From the NCBI RefSeq assembly GCF_004010195.1, contig NC_057720.1, positions 35,142,792 through 35,206,710 on the forward strand: DNA of 63,919 nt. The letters are read 5' to 3'. Under the pieces are notes generated by a model that had not been told where the DNA came from, ran no database searches, and saw nothing but the letters and a program-made list of their open reading frames with translations. The DNA comes from Chiloscyllium plagiosum (lineage: Eukaryota). The stretch's first letter is position 1. Every line of letters starts with the position of its first letter. Positions 12,410 through 26,589 of this stretch are shown one piece after another. A program made the position numbers and the translations under genes.

Positions 12410-15400
12410 TCCAGCTGGAGCTGGATAGACTTCGGATCATTTGGGAGGCAGAGGGGGTTATTGAGAGGAGTTACAGGAAGGTAGTCACTCCTCAGGCACA
12501 ACAAAAAGGCAAATGGGTTACAGTCAGGGGATGGAAAGGGAACCGGCTGGCAGTGCAGGGATCTCCTGTGGCATTCCCCTCAACAATAATTACCGTTTTG
12601 GATACTGTTGGAACAGATGACTTACCAGGGGAAAGCAGTGGGGCACAGGGCTCTGGCACACAGTCATTCCCTGCTGCTCAGAAGGGAAAGGGAAAGAGGA
12701 GCAGAGCAGTAGTCACTGGGGACTCCATAGTTAGGGGGACAGATAGGAGGTTGTGTGGGGACGAGAGAGACTCACGGTTGGTGTATTGCCTCCCAGGTGC
12801 CAGGGTCCGTGATGTCTCTGATCGTGTTTTTGGGATTCTTAAGGGGAAGGGGGAGCAGCCCNNNNNNNNNNNNNNNNNNNNNNNNNNNNNNNNNNNNNNN
12901 NNNNNNNNNNNNNNNNNNNNNNNNNNNNNNNNNNNNNNNNNNNNNNNNNNNNNNNNNNNNNNNNNNNNNNNNNNNNNNNNNNNNNNNNNNNNNNNNNNNN
13001 NNNNNNNNNNNNNNNNNNNNNNNNNNNNNNNNNNNNNNNNNNNNNNNNNNNNNNNNNNNNNNNNNNNNNNNNNNNNNNNNNNNNNNNNNNNNNNNNNNNN
13101 NNNNNNNNNNNNNNNNNNNNNNNNNNNNNNNNNNNNNNNNNNNNNNNNNNNNNNNNNNNNNNNNNNNNNNNNNNNNNNNNNNNNNNNNNNNNNNNNNNNN
13201 NNNNNNNNNNNNNNNNNNNNNNNNNNNNNNNNNNNNNNNNNNNNNNNNNNNNNNNNNNNNNNNNNNNNNNNNNNNNNNNNNNNNNNNNNNNNNNNNNNNN
13301 NNNNNNNNNNNNNNNNNNNNNNNNNNNNNNNNNNNNNNNNNNNNNNNNNNNNNNNNNNNNNNNNNNNNNNNNNNNNNNNNNNNNNNNNNNNNNNNNNNNN
13401 NNNNNNNNNNNNNNNNNNNNNNNNNNNNNNNNNNNNNNNNNNNNNNNNNNNNNNNNNNNNNNNNNNNNNNNNNNNNNNNNNNNNNNNNNNNNNNNNNNNN
13501 NNNNNNNNNNNNNNNNNNNNNNNNNNNNNNNNNNNNNNNNNNNNNNNNNNNNNNNNNNNNNNNNNNNNNNNNNNNNNNNNNNNNNNNNNNNNNNNNNNNN
13601 NNNNNNNNNNNNNNNNNNNNNNNNNNNNNNNNNNNNNNNNNNNNNNNNNNNNNNNNNNNNNNNNNNNNNNNNNNNNNNNNNNNNNNNNNNNNNNNNNNNN
13701 NNNNNNNNNNNNNNNNNNNNNNNNNNNNGGCACATTAGAAATGTGGAGCTTATTCAAGGAAAAGCTACTGTGTGTCCTGGATAAGTATGTACCTGTCAGG
13801 CAGGGAGGAAGCTGTACAGCACAGGAGCCGTGGTTTACGAAGAAAGTGGAATCTCTGTTCAAGAGGAAGAAGCAGGCTTATGTTAGGATGAGATATGAAG
13901 GCTCAGTTAGGGTGCTTGAGGGTTATAAGGTAGCCAGGAAAGACCTAAAGAGAGAGCTCAGAAGAGCCAGGAGGAGACATGAGAAGTTGTTGGCGTATAG
14001 GATCAAGGTAAACCCTAAAGCTTTCTCTAGGTGTTTAAGGAATAAAAGAATGACGAGAGTAAGATTAGGGCCAATCAAGGATAGTAGTGGGAAGTTGTGT
14101 GTGGAGTCAGAGGAGATAGGGGAAGCAATAAATGAATACTTTTCGACAGTATTCACTCTAGAAAATGACAATGTTGTTGAGGAGAATACTGAAATACAGG
14201 CTGCTAGACTAGGTATGATTGAGGTTCACAAGGAGGAGGTATTAGAAATCCTGCAGAGTGTGAAAATAGATAAGTCCCCTGGGCCGGATGGGATTTATCC
14301 TCGGATTCTCTGGGAAGCCAGGGAGGAGATTGCCGAGCATTTGGCATTGATCTTTAAATCGTCATTGTCTATAGGAATAGTGCCAGAAGACTGGAGGATA
14401 GCAAATGTGGTTCCCCTGTTCAAGAAAAGGAGTAGAGACAATCCTGGTAATTATAGACCAGTGAGCTTTACTACAGTTGTTCGTAAAGTGTTGGAAAAGG
14501 TTATAAGAGATAGGATTTCTAATCATCTAGAAATTAATAATTTAATTAGTGATAGTCAGCACGGTTTTGTGAAGGGTAGGTCGTGCCTCACAAACCTTAT
14601 TGAGTTCTTTGAGAAGGTGACCAAACAGGTAGATGAGGGTAAACCGGTTGATGTGGTGTATATGGATTTCAGCAAGGCATTTGATACGGTTCCCCACAGT
14701 AGGCTATTGTACAAAATGCAGAGGAATGGGATTGTGGGAGATATAGCAGTTTGGATCAGTAATTGGCTTGCTGAAAGAAGATAGAGGGCGGTGGTTGATG
14801 GGAAATGTTCATCCTGGAGTCCAGTGGTGTACCGCAAGGTCAGTGTTGGGTCCACTGCTGTTCGTCATTTTTATAAACGACCTGGATGAGTGCGTAGAAG
14901 GGTGGGTTAGTAAATTTGCAGATGACACGAAGGTCGGTGGAGTTGTGAATAGTGACGAAGGATGTAGTTGGTTACAGAGAGACATAGATAAGCTGCAGAG
15001 CTGGGCTGAGAGGTGGCAAATGGAGTTTAATGCGGACAAGTGTGAGGTGATTCACTTTGGTTGGAGTAACCGGAATTCAAAGTACTGGGCTAATGGTAAG
15101 ATGCTTGGTGGTATAGATGAGCAGAGAGCTCTCGGTGTCCAGGTACACAGATCCTTGAAAGTTGCCACCCAGGTTGACAGGGTTGTTAAGAAGGCATACA
15201 GTGTTTTAGCTTTTATTAACAGAGAGATCGAGTTCCGGAACCATGAGGTTATGCCGCAGCTGTACAAAACTCTAGTGCAACCGTACTTGGAGTATTGTGT
15301 ACAGTTCTGGTCACCACATTATAAGAGGATGTGGAAGCTTTGGAAATGGTGCAGAGGAGATTTACTAGGATGTTGCCTGGTATGGAGGGAAGGTCTTATG

Positions 15401-15820
15401 AGGAAAGGCTGAGAGACTTGAGGTTGTTTTCGTTAGAGAGAAGAAGGTTGAGAGGTGACTTATTAGAGACATATAAGATAATCAGAGGGTTCGATAGGGT
15501 GGACAGGGAGAGCCTTTTTCCTAGTATGGTGACGGCGAGCATGAGGGGGCATAACTTTAAATTGAGGGGTGATAGATATAGGACAGATGTCAGAGGTAGT
15601 TTCTTTAGTCAGAGAGTAGTAAGGGTATGGAATGCTTTGCCTGCAACGGTAGTAGATTCACCAACTTTAAGTACATTTAAGTTGTCATTGGACAAGCATG
15701 AGGATGTACATGGAATAGTGTAGGTAGATGGGCTTCAGGTTGGTATGACAGGTCGGCACAACATCGAGGGCCAAAGGGCCTGTACTGCGCTGTAATGTTC
15801 TATGTTCTATGTTCTATGTT
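12410..15820 (+). mobile_element. Near-full-length CR1/HER1-like LINE: ORF1 esterase (SGNH-like) and ORF2 RT, inactivated
   Basis: ORF1 peptide RAVVTGDSIVRGTDRRLCG..CLPGARVRDV. ORF2 peptides [49 protein letters not shown] (about 14912). Stop at 14782 and frameshifts near 14826 and 15325. Tail (TTCTATG)n to 15820. The endonuclease region falls in the N-gap. Confidence 0.93.
12862..13728. other. Assembly gap (N run)
   Basis: Run of N. Confidence 1.
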
Positions 15821-17119
15821 CCACTCAGTTTCTTGCAAAATGTGGCTTGGATGCTGTATGATCATTGTTCTGTGAATGTTGTAAAGTCAACATCATTTTA
15901 TTTTTGACTGTGGACTAACATGGAAAAAGAATTGATTTTAAAACCAAAGACTGGGGAAGAGGTTGCTGCACTTTTGAAAACAAGTTACGGGGACTCGTTG
16001 TGAGTGTGCTTACTCTGTCGCTTGGCAAACAGTGATGGAGGTGTAATAAGATGGCATGGCACCAAAGAGGATGGACAGAATGAGATTTGACTGACAACAG
16101 ATAGCTGCTTGGTTTGTGCAATCATGACCAGCTGTCGATGCCAAAGGTCATCAGCCTGATGACAACATCATTGGCAACAGCTAATTAGTGGAGAAACCCT
16201 TCCCCAAATATATGGATCTCTAATTAATTTCATATATTGTTTTTCTCCTTAGATGCCAAGGCAAAAGAATAATGTGACCTCTAACGCATTCTTTAAGCAT
16301 TAGATATTACCTTCCCATGTTTAGGGAAACAAAGCCAATAAAGACACATATGAAAACAACTTAGACATATTGAAAGCCATTGGAATCTATAGACTGTTGA
16401 TTTTCTTGTGTTTTTGGTAAGCAATACAGAAGAATTGGTGTGAATTCAGTTTATTTCAAATTGTCCATAAAGGTTTAGACTAGGCTATAATTTGCAGTTA
16501 CAGATAACTATGTGGGCTTCCTCCTTCTTGCATGTTTCTGCTGGATGACACATGTCGGTTGGTCATGTGGTTTTATGTTGGTCCTTGGATCATCAATATA
16601 TTAAGATCTTGAAGCAACACAGCTCACAAAAGAATAAAACTATACATAACATTTGTGCTTTAGTCAAATTTGAAACAACTTGGCATGGATAGACCATGGT
16701 TAACATTCCATCAGTGAATGCTGATACATAACAACCACTGTGTTCTCTTTAGCTGACTCCTTGATCTTAAAGGCATACTGTTGCTTTTGGTGGTTGTAAC
16801 GATTACTCTGTTCTATTAATGTTGGAAAAATGAAGGCAGAAAAACATTTTGTCGCTTTTTAACGTACTTCATCTGTCAAGTATGATCTTTTGTCAATCAA
16901 GTCATGTCTCTTAGGTAGAGATTTCACCATGGATGGCATTGATAAATCTAGATGCAAATTGCCATTGAAGTGACTTTTTTTTTCCAAAGTGAAGTTATGT
17001 TTGAAGTTTCTTTTCTAACTTTTCTACATAATCAAAGTTAAAAATCTTGTATAATCCATCACAATTGGACAGCAAACCAGAATAACCTGCCTTCCTCCCT
17101 TACAGCAATAATAAGCAAT

Positions 17120-17174
17120 AGTGTGTGCTTCCAATTAAACCTGTTGGACTATAACCTGGTGTTGTGTGATTTTT
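17120..17174 (+). mobile_element. PLE terminal micro-insertion with 13-bp TSD
   Basis: gtgtgcttccaattaaacctgttggactataacctggtgttgtgtgat is identical to the reverse complement of 33311-33358. Flanked by agcaataataagc at 17104-17116 and 17175-17187. Confidence 0.75.
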
Positions 17175-17559
17175 AGCAATAATAAGCTTTGATATATTGA
17201 AGAGCATTACTTGTCTCATTTCATTAATACAGCAGTAAATGGCCAAAAACAAGCATATTTAATGAGAATATCTAGTCTCCACATATTTTAGAACTAGCAT
17301 GTGCAATGAGAAATCACAAGTTAATACCTTTGTTGTCATACAGTCAAAGTGTCATACAGCTCAGAAACAGACTCTTTGGTCCAACACATACTCACTGACC
17401 TAGTCTCATTTGCCAGCATTTGGTCCATATCCAAACACAAAAATGACAGATTTTCCATTACGTTTGAAAAAAAAATCTAGTTCAACCTGAAACTAGGATC
17501 TTAAATTTAACAATAGCAATTATAAAGGTATGAAGCAGATGTTGGCAGTTGGTGAATTG

Positions 17560-18220
17560 TGTAAATGCATGTAAACATTTGTCAGTAGAATGGCTATTGC
17601 TAGTATTGAAAACATTAATGCTTGGTTTTCAAAAATATGCAATCTTCAAGGTAAAACTCCCCAATAAGGAAAGGAAGACAATTGTGACTAACAGGTGAAG
17701 TTAAAAATGGTGTTAGATCAAAGGAACAGGCATGAAAGTTTTCAAAAAATTGTAAACTTAAGGATTAGAGGAATTTTAGGTTTCATCAAGATGCACCAAG
17801 GAATTGATAAAGAGAGAACAGATTATAAATATAAAATAGCAAGGAGCATACCAACTGATTAGCAAAGTCAAATGTGGGTCCATTGCAGACAGAGCCAGGA
17901 GAAAAGGAAATAAGGAAATGGCACAGCAACTAAATATCTATTTGTGTCTGTCTTCACAAAGGAGCACACAAGATATCTCCCTGAAATAATGAAGATCCAA
18001 AAATCAAATGTGAATGTGGAATTGAAAAAAGTTAGTACTGTGCTAGTAAAAACAAATAGTATTGGATCAGTTAATGGGCTTGAAAGCTGACAAAACCCAC
18101 AGCATCTAATTACTTTCACCCTAGAGTGTTGCATGACATGGCAGCAGAGATCGCTGATCAATTAGTAATCACCTTTCAAAATTCTATTAATACTGCAACA
18201 TTGTCTGCAGATTGAGGGGT
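17560..18220 (+). mobile_element. Old CR1 ORF2 fragment, continuing at about 19490-19850
   Basis: Remnants of VGPLQTE, EMAQQLN and VSVFTKE; later DFQKAVDKV near 19638. Confidence 0.6.
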
Positions 18221-18367
18221 TTGGCAGATTGAGACTGAAGCTGTCATGTTAAAATGCAACAAAATCTGGACAATATCTAGGGTTGGCAAGTAACATTCAT
18301 GTTGCACAAATGCCAGGCTTATGACCATCACCAATAAGAGACAAACTAACTACTGTTCCTTAATCAG

Positions 18368-18703
18368 GGTGGCATGGTGGCTCAGTGGTTAGCACTGCTG
18401 CCTCACAGCACTAGGCACCCAGTTTTGATTCCAGCCTTGGGCAACTGTCTATATGGAATTTGCACACTCTCCCTGTGTCTGCGTGGGTTTCCTCCAGGTG
18501 CTCTGGCATCCCTCCATAATCCAAAGATGTGCAGGTTAGGTGATTTGGCCATGTTAAATTGCCCATAGTGTTCAGGGATGTGTAGGTTAGGTACATTAGT
18601 CAGGAGTAAATATAGGGGAATGGGTCTGGGTGGATTACTCTTCGGAGGGTTGGTGTGCACGTATTGGGTGAATGGGCCTGTTTCCACACTTTCGGATTCT
18701 ATG
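18368..18703 (+). mobile_element. HE1-like SINE
   Basis: ggtggcatggtggctcagtggttagcactgctgcc (A-box head), central domain, and tail gggcctgtttccacact..gattctatg. Confidence 0.92.
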
Positions 18704-18709
18704 GTGTTA

Positions 18710-19468
18710 CCTTTGATTTGATTTATTGTTGTCACTTGAGCCTAAGTACAGTGAAAAGTTTTGTTTTGCATGCAGTACAGGCAGATCATAACATAGGAAG
18801 AATTGACAGAACATAGGGTGTTTAGACACAGCAAGGCATACAAGTTTACAGCAGCACAAGAATTGCATAAAAGCAAGGTTAACAATTGATTTGAAATTAG
18901 AGAGGTCCATTCAGCAGTCTGAGAACAGCAGGGAAGAAGCTGTTCTTGAGCCTATTAATGAGTGTGTTCCAGCTTTTATATCTTCTGCTTGATAGAAGAG
19001 TGTAGAAGAGAGTATTACCGGGGATTGTAGGGGTTTTTGATGATGTTGGCAGCCGTTCCGCAATGACGAGGAGTGTAGATAGAGCCCATGGATGGGAGGT
19101 TGGCTTTTATAATGGTCTGAGCTGTACACACAACGCTCCATAGTTTCTTACACTCCTGGGCAGAGCAATTGCCATACCAGGCTGTTATGCAACCGGACTG
19201 TATGCTTTCAGTGGTACATCTGTAAAATTTGGTGAGGATCTTTATGGACACACCAAATTTCCTAAGCTTCCTGAGTAAGAAGAGGCGTTATTGTGCCTTC
19301 TTGACCATTGCATCTATGTGGAAGATCCAGGACAGATCGTTGCTAGTCGGCACTCTGAGGAACCTGACACTCTCGGCTCTCACCACCTCAGCTCCATTGA
19401 TGTAGATAGGGGCGTGAGTCCTCCTTTCTTTCTGAAGTCAATGATCAATTCTTTAGTTTTGCTGATAT
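18710..19468 (-). mobile_element. Rex1/Babar-clade LINE 3' fragment
   Basis: Minus translation LTKFYRCTTESIQSGCITAWYGNCSAQECKKL (ORF 19015..19251) is the typical Rex1/Babar RT C-terminal region. Tail caataaatcaaatcaaa. Confidence 0.85.
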
Positions 19469-19865
19469 ATTAAAATTTATTTTAAACAATGCGTCTAGTA
19501 GATATTTAAAAATAAGTTTTGAATTACATAGAGTCAACATAGATTTACCACAGAAAAGTCATGTTTGACAAATGTGATAGAATTGTTTTAATGTTACTTC
19601 CCGAATCAATAAGGTTGGACATTGGATGGGTGCATTAGGATTTTCAGAAAGCTGTTGATAAAGTATCAAACAGGAGATTAGTAAATAAAGTAAAGGTGTT
19701 TAACATGTTTGAGAATGGCTAACAGACTGAAAGCAGAGCGCAAGAATAAATAAGCCATTCTGAGATTGTCAGGTTGTGACTAGGAGGCAGTTGGGAGGGA
19801 ATTGCTGTTGGTAACTGGAAGGATCAGTGCTGTATGCATGGTTTGGACCTGGCTATTTGTTGACA

Positions 19866-21030
19866 TAGATCATAAGACACAGGAGCAGAAATTAGATGAT
19901 TTGGTCCATCTGCTTTGCCATTCAATCATAGCTGATAAGTTTCTTAACCTCATTCTCCTGCCTTCTCCCAATAGCCTTTGATCCCCTTAACAATCAAGAA
20001 CCTATCTATCTCTGTCTTAAATATACTCAATGACTTCCCCTCCAAGCCTTCTGTGGCAATGAATTCCATGGATTTATCATTCTCTGGCTGAAGAAGTTTC
20101 TCCTCATCCCATACTTCCCTTTCCTCTAAGTCTGTGCCCTTGGGTCCTAGTCATAGAGATGTACAGTATGGAAACAGACCCTTCAGTCCAACTCATCCAT
20201 GCTGACCAGATATCCTTAATTAATCTAGTCCTGTTTACCAGCACTTGGTCCCTATGCCTCCAAATCCTTCCTTTTCATATATCTCTATATTTATATGTCT
20301 TTTAAATGTTGTAGTTGTACCAGCATTCACCACTTCCTCTGCCAGCTCATGCCACACATGCACTACCCTCTGCATGAAAACATTGCCCCTTAGTTCCCTT
20401 TTAAATGTTTCCCTCTCACCCTAAACTTATGCTCTCTAGTTCTGGATACCTCCAACCCAGGGAAAAGACCTTGTCTATTCACCCTATTCATGGCCCTCAT
20501 GCTTTTATAAACCTCTATAAGGTCACCTCTCAGCCTCCGATGATCCAGGGAAAACGCCTCCAGCCTAATCAGCCTCTTCCTGTAGCTCAAACTCTCCAAA
20601 CCTGGCAACATCCTTGTAAATCCTTACTGAACACTTTCAAGTTTCACAACATCCTTCCTATAGGAGGGAGAATTGCACACAATATTCCAAAACCAATGTC
20701 CTAGTCTCTCCTGCTAATGGAAACATCTTCCCAACCTCACTCTATCCAGGCCTTTCAATATTCTATAAATTTCAATTAGATCCCCCTTCATCCTTCAAAG
20801 CTCCATCAAGTAGAGACCCAGAGTCCTCAAACGTTCCTCATATGTTAAGCCTTTCATTCCTGGGATCACTCTTGTGAACCTCCTCTGGACCCGCTCCAGG
20901 GCCAATTCATCCTTCCTGAAATATGGGGCCCAAAATTGCACACAATATTTTAAATATGGTCTGACCAGATCCTTATAAAGCCTCAGAAGTGCATCCCTGG
21001 TTTAATATTCTAGTCCTCTCAAAATAAATT
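19866..21030 (-). mobile_element. CR1 3' end split by a nested second CR1
   Basis: Tail cataagacacaggagcag at about 19871; the coding C-terminus resumes after 20706. Confidence 0.85.
20153..20697 (-). mobile_element. Nested CR1 3' end with 9-bp TSD
   Basis: ORF 20390..20611 ([26 protein letters not shown]). gtcctagtc is duplicated at 20144-20152 and 20698-20706. Confidence 0.85.
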
Positions 21031-21049
21031 GTAATATTTCGAAGTATGT

Positions 21050-21430
21050 CAATGTGCAAAATGTGGAGGGCATTTGAATTGTGAGGAGATGTAAAGAAGA
21101 TGGAAGGGGAAAGTCTCAAAGGGATGGACAGAGTTGACACAGAAAGGATGTTTCCTCTCTGATCTAAAATCAGGAGACACGGTCTCAGAATTAGGGCTGA
21201 GATGTAGAGGAACCTTTTCATTCAGACTGTAGTGAATCTTTGAAATTATGCCCTTCAGAGGAACGTGGCAATTAAGCAAGTTCAAAAGAGAGATTGATAG
21301 ATTTTTACTTACTAATGATATGGATATGGATATAGTGCAGAGAAATAGCATTGAGGTATTGATCTAGAATGGTGTAATATGCTCAAGGGCAAGGTGAACA
21401 ACTCCTACATTGATGTTCCTATCTTCCTAA
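21050..21430 (+). mobile_element. Decayed CR1 3' fragment
   Basis: GMDRVDTERMFPL-like remnant and 3' UTR remnant. Confidence 0.6.
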
Positions 21431-22147
21431 GCATCATAATTCCAAATCACTAATGACATTTAAAACAAAACTAGGATGAACAATTTACAAATTTCATGGT
21501 CTATACTGTTAAGTTCCTTTGTAAATGGAATGCTTTTAAATTTAAAAAAAAATTAAAAACCTTTACACCTAAAATAACAAATTTTCAAATTTTCACAACT
21601 GGTCTCAATTGATGGAAACTTGCTAAGCCCATTATTTCAATCTGGGGAACAGCCAGTTTTCTGTGCTGGAGCAGTTTGTAGTGTGATGTTTTGAAAAATA
21701 GTATGAAGATTTGCAGAACTCAGTTTACACTTTTTGTAACTTGTACTTAAAATTTTTCAAGTTGGTTTGGCTGAGTTCAGATAAATTGCGCAAACTCCAG
21801 AGCAAAGTGTTCCCTTGAGAGAAGCAATGAGCTTTGCAATAAACATAGCTATTTGGTATCGTGGAGGAGGACAATTAGTGGTAGCATGCCACAAATATGT
21901 GTATGTTCTGGTAACAAGTTGTATTCCAAGGTACTCTGCAGTGGAACCTTGTATTGCTCAAGATCTTAAGTTCACACTGGTAAGACTTAATAGGTCCCTC
22001 AATAGGCATTATAATATGGCACAGGCATAGCTTATAAATTCCCCGCCTGATTGCCACTAACCTGCTTCTGCTGATTGGTGCCACTTTCGAGTGAACCCTT
22101 AAATATTATTGTTGACTTACTAAACTACATTGGGGCAATAATAAACT

Positions 22148-22468
22148 AGTGGTGTTATTGCTTGACTATTAATCCAGATAGTTAAGTAATGTTCTGGACA
22201 CCTAGGTTCAAATCCTGCCATATCAGAATATGAATTCGCTTTTTTTAAAAATCTGGAATTAAGGATCTATTGCTGACCATTATTAGATAAACTCTCTGCA
22301 TCCCTAATGGCTTTTAGGGAAGGTAACTGCCATCTTTACCAGGTGTGATCAATATGATTTTAGACCAACAGCAATGTGATTGACTTTTAACTGCCTTCTT
22401 AACAATTAGAGATGGATGATAAATGCTGACCCAAGCCAATTACACCCATGTCCCATGAATGAATAATA
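22148..22468 (+). mobile_element. Second tRNA-derived SINE type (not HE1)
   Basis: A-box-like tagtggt and B-box-like ggttcaaatcc (about 22205). Tail caattagagatggatgataaatgctg..cccatgtcccatgaatgaataa resembles the LINE end at 38505 and 1140. Confidence 0.7.
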
Positions 22469-25400
22469 ACAGCTTTTATATTTCACAATGAAAGCAGCTG
22501 GCTCCCAGTCAGCAGTGTGAATTTGCTGTAAATCCATCTGCCCTGTGCTGATCACCAAGTATTCCTTCTCACTTTTAGGAACTGACTGTGCCCACAGTGA
22601 ATAGTGTTTGCTACTGTAGAGGAGAATGTCATTAAGACACCACATGGAACAGAGCTTCATGTAGGTAGACATTGCCATGTATTAAGTAACGGTAATTTAA
22701 TGTCATCCTGTGAACCAGAGTGATTAACAGAACTTTTGAGCCCAAAATGCAAAAGGTGTTAGTAGCAGGCTTGTGGGAAGTCTCCTGCCCACCATCTCCT
22801 TCAAAAATCAAGAATTAGATTAACATGAGCCTATAAGTGAACTTCTGTGAAGTTATGTCGTGCTTTCCATTGCAACAAAGTCAAGAGGGAAGAAATGTGT
22901 GTCAGCACATTTGAGTATATAAGCATACTTTTACCAGGCACCATGTGTTGGCAGTGTACTTGGTACTTGTTGCTTGCTGATCACATGGTAATTTTAAAGC
23001 ATTATCTGGAGAAATCTTGTGTATTTAGAAAAATACAAAATGTGAATTCTCTTCTTGTGATGGTGCACTGCAAGCAAAGTCAAGCACAATCCTGTTACAT
23101 CCAGGACCTCAACATGAGCTACAAATTTTCTCAAAACTCACGAACAACCCTGTTCAATTTTGAGCCATTATGGTAAAACAAAGCTTCCTATTCAATATCT
23201 GCTTCATAATATTTTGTAAACAAATATCATTCTTAGGCTACTGCCAGTTCAAACCAAAGGTAACAATCACTTCTTGTGTTGCTCATCCCTGTGTTTTGAT
23301 ATCCATCCCAAGGACTCTTTCAAATTTACTATTGCATTACACTGTATAATCCAAAACCCACATGAAATTATACACTGCAAAAATTACCCTATATGAAGCA
23401 GAGTGGAACATGATTGGATAGAAATATTGTACACACAGAAAAAAAAATCCAAACTACAACACTTAGAATAGGCTGCTTTCTATCACTTTATTAAAAAGGA
23501 CACTGAATCAAACAAGATTATTTCGAACAGCATAAAGTTATATTATTCTCAAGAAATGACACATGTTCTGATACAGATTGAGAAGAAGCAATCTTCTTTG
23601 AATGCTGAAGACCCTCTGAAAGTAAGTAGTTTGTGATGCCATTCTAGATCCTAGTATTAGTTCTTGCCTGCCAGTGTTAGAACTTGCTTAATGTCCACAG
23701 CATCTCCATTGCTGCTTCTGGGGTTGAAAGTTATTGTCTGAGCAGCTGACTACTGATACCCATCCCTGAACCCAAACCCAAATAGAGAGTTTTTTTTCTC
23801 CATTAGAGCAAGCTACTAATATGGACATGAATCATGTAGACCACTAAAATCTATAAGATGCACACACATTGTCTGCTTCAGTGATTTGCTCCAGTACAAA
23901 CCAGGTAAGGTGTACTGTATTCTGGCTGTGTGCTACATGTTGTGTGACTATTCAACGAGGCCTGAAGTGAAATGAAGAGGAGCACCTGCAATTCATCCTC
24001 ATAACACGGCAGCAATGAATATAAAAATGAAGATGAAGAGGGCACTCTAAAGAAACCTAGTGCTCAGGGATTGGAAGGGGAGTGCTGAGCCCATCACACA
24101 TCTCACAGCAATTTTCAGTTTGGCATGAGTACTAAGGCAATGGTAATTTTTTAGAGTTACACTTGCACATCTCCCAGATTTTGTGACAAATGACATGATC
24201 TCACATTCCAGCAAAGAGAGAAAGATCTGCACATGCATCTGAAGAGTCACATTGCCACCAAAAAAAAATTAGATATGAGGTCTCCAATATCAACAGTCTC
24301 CCACAACACAGCAAATGTTCACAGCAAATGTTCACGTGGGCCAGATAGGCCCTTTGCATTTTGAAATGGTGTTGTGTCACTGAAACAAGGTGGGGCTGGG
24401 ACCCAGAATGGATTCAGTAGTCAGGTTCACAACCATGAAAATACAAGCCCTGGTGTTTTCTTTCAAACAACTGCACTCCCAGCTCATCTCAAACTGGAGG
24501 TGAGCTTCAGACCGCAAGGAAATTCAGGAGCATTGGCAATTGCCTTTATACATGCCAACATCTGGCTGTCAACAATGCAAAGTCTACTATTAGTTCATTG
24601 CTAACTAGCTACACCAGAATATAAGAATTATGATTTGAAAATTACAGTTTAGCTTATTAAATACTATTCCTTTGAACCAAAAGAAACATACCAAACTGTG
24701 TGATCTCTCAAGTATGAGCATGTCATATGACATGAGAATTATTGCAGGCTTTGAGGATAACTCAATCTGTAAATCAGGTATTCACATTGTGAAGTTTCTT
24801 TTAAGCATGTGGATATTTGATTTACAAAATTGGGAGTTGAAATGATACGTTTTCTTATTTTCATTTATGCAGCAATGTTCTAGTTCATACACTGTGCTTG
24901 GGTGCAGTTCCTCCAATTAAATAATTTGCTCACACAGAGTGTATGCAGTTGTTGAGTGGTGGGTCACTGAGTACATGTGAGTCAATGATTTTGAAAGCAG
25001 GTGATGACTGAGTTGTCTGCCTAATGCGATACCATTACATGCTGCCTGCAGAAATGCCATAACAAACTTTCAGGGGAGATCAGCAGAGTCCCAGAGAAGT
25101 AATATCAACCTTGATCATCAATATAAATATAACACTGGGATTTCCTACTGAAATTACAATGGGATATCTGGTGAATGACTAACATTTTTGGATATAGAAT
25201 TTTGTGCATTTCATTCTGAATTCCAGCTCTTTTAAACCCGAGTTTGGTTTGAATAATATGAGGCTTTGAATAGGAATTGAGTTAAAAATGACACTTGGGT
25301 GATCATTTGTATCTTGTCAAAGCAGGCACCCTGCATTTAGTTACAGTGCATATGCCTTGATGAATTCTGTACTGCTTAAGCTCTGTTTGAACATGAATAG

Positions 25401-26589
25401 CAGTTTCCCTTCATGAAAACAGCAACAGTTTCTATGAAAAAAGTGCATTCCAGACATTATAAAAGAGTGACTAAACCCTTACATAATGTATTTCTGCCTC
25501 TTTAATTGTTTACTCAAAATTCTGCAAATGGGAGGAAATCACCTAGAAACAAGAATAACCCAGTTTCCAATTTATTACAATTATCAACTTTCTTCTCACA
25601 TCCCACCTTTTGAATTCTTTGTATCAGTTGACACTATTAGAAAAAAATGTCCTGATACAAAATAATAGCAATGACTTGCATTAATGTAGCATCTTTAGAG
25701 CAAAAGAATGACCTGAGGCACTACAAAAAATAAAGAATGGACACTGAGGAGTGTCCAAAATCCTTGGTCATGTAGGTGAGATTGAAAACAGTTCTTAAAA
25801 GAGAACAGGAAGGTGGAGACGCAGAGTCAGTTTAAGCAAATTTCAGAGATTGAGGCGTAAGTACCAGAAAGGCATGTCACGAAGATGGAGCAAAAGGAGG
25901 ATGTGATGCACAAGAGGATGGGTAATATATGGGGAGGTTTGTAATTTTGGATCACATCACAAACGCGGGAATGTGAAATGTCATGGAGGGAAGAAAACAT
26001 CACAAAGAAGGATTGAGAATTCAGCTGACAGTCTAGACTACCATAGGCCAAGATGATAGGTGGGAATGAGCTAGAACCAGATAGATGATGAGTAGCTGGG
26101 TTTTGCATGACTTGAAGTTCAAAGAAGAAATGGGGCAGGATTGAAACTAATGTCACTGGTTCTTAACCTTTCTTCTCTTTACACCTGAGAATTGTCAAAT
26201 CCCTAGGAACAGCAAAGGCGGAAATCTATCCCTGGATGAGTAGATATAAACTTTCATGTTAACATCCCTTAATAAAGAATTTGGAAGATTATTTTGAATG
26301 GACATTATGTTCGTCCAATGTGGCAGGCTTTGGAGTATTCAAAGGTCGATGATTGCACATATGTGCTAGTTGAGAATATAGTGATTTACATTAATGAAAA
26401 GATACATTATTCTTTAAAGTTGCAATTGATAAGTTAGCCTGGCATATTTAATGTGATGCATTGATAATGAGGCAGCATCTGAAAAAGAGGCTATTGACCT
26501 TAAAATTTAAAAATTTTAAGCATTCATATAGCATCATTCAAAATCACAGGACATTCAAAAGCACTTGACAGCTAATGAAGTGCCTTTTC

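Noticed and set aside
12553..14784. 743-aa ORF as a single protein
   Set aside because: It joins CR1 ORF1 and ORF2 fragments across an 867-N gap. The other X-filled ORFs at 12.7-13.9, 36.2-37.2 and 43.8-44.5 kb are also gap artefacts.
18368..18440. tRNA-like sequences at SINE heads
   Set aside because: They continue into SINE bodies and do not form complete cloverleaves, so they are not tRNA genes.
23807..23904. Plus-strand exon-like segment (ctccattag ... CAG|gtaagg)
   Set aside because: Stops in all three frames.
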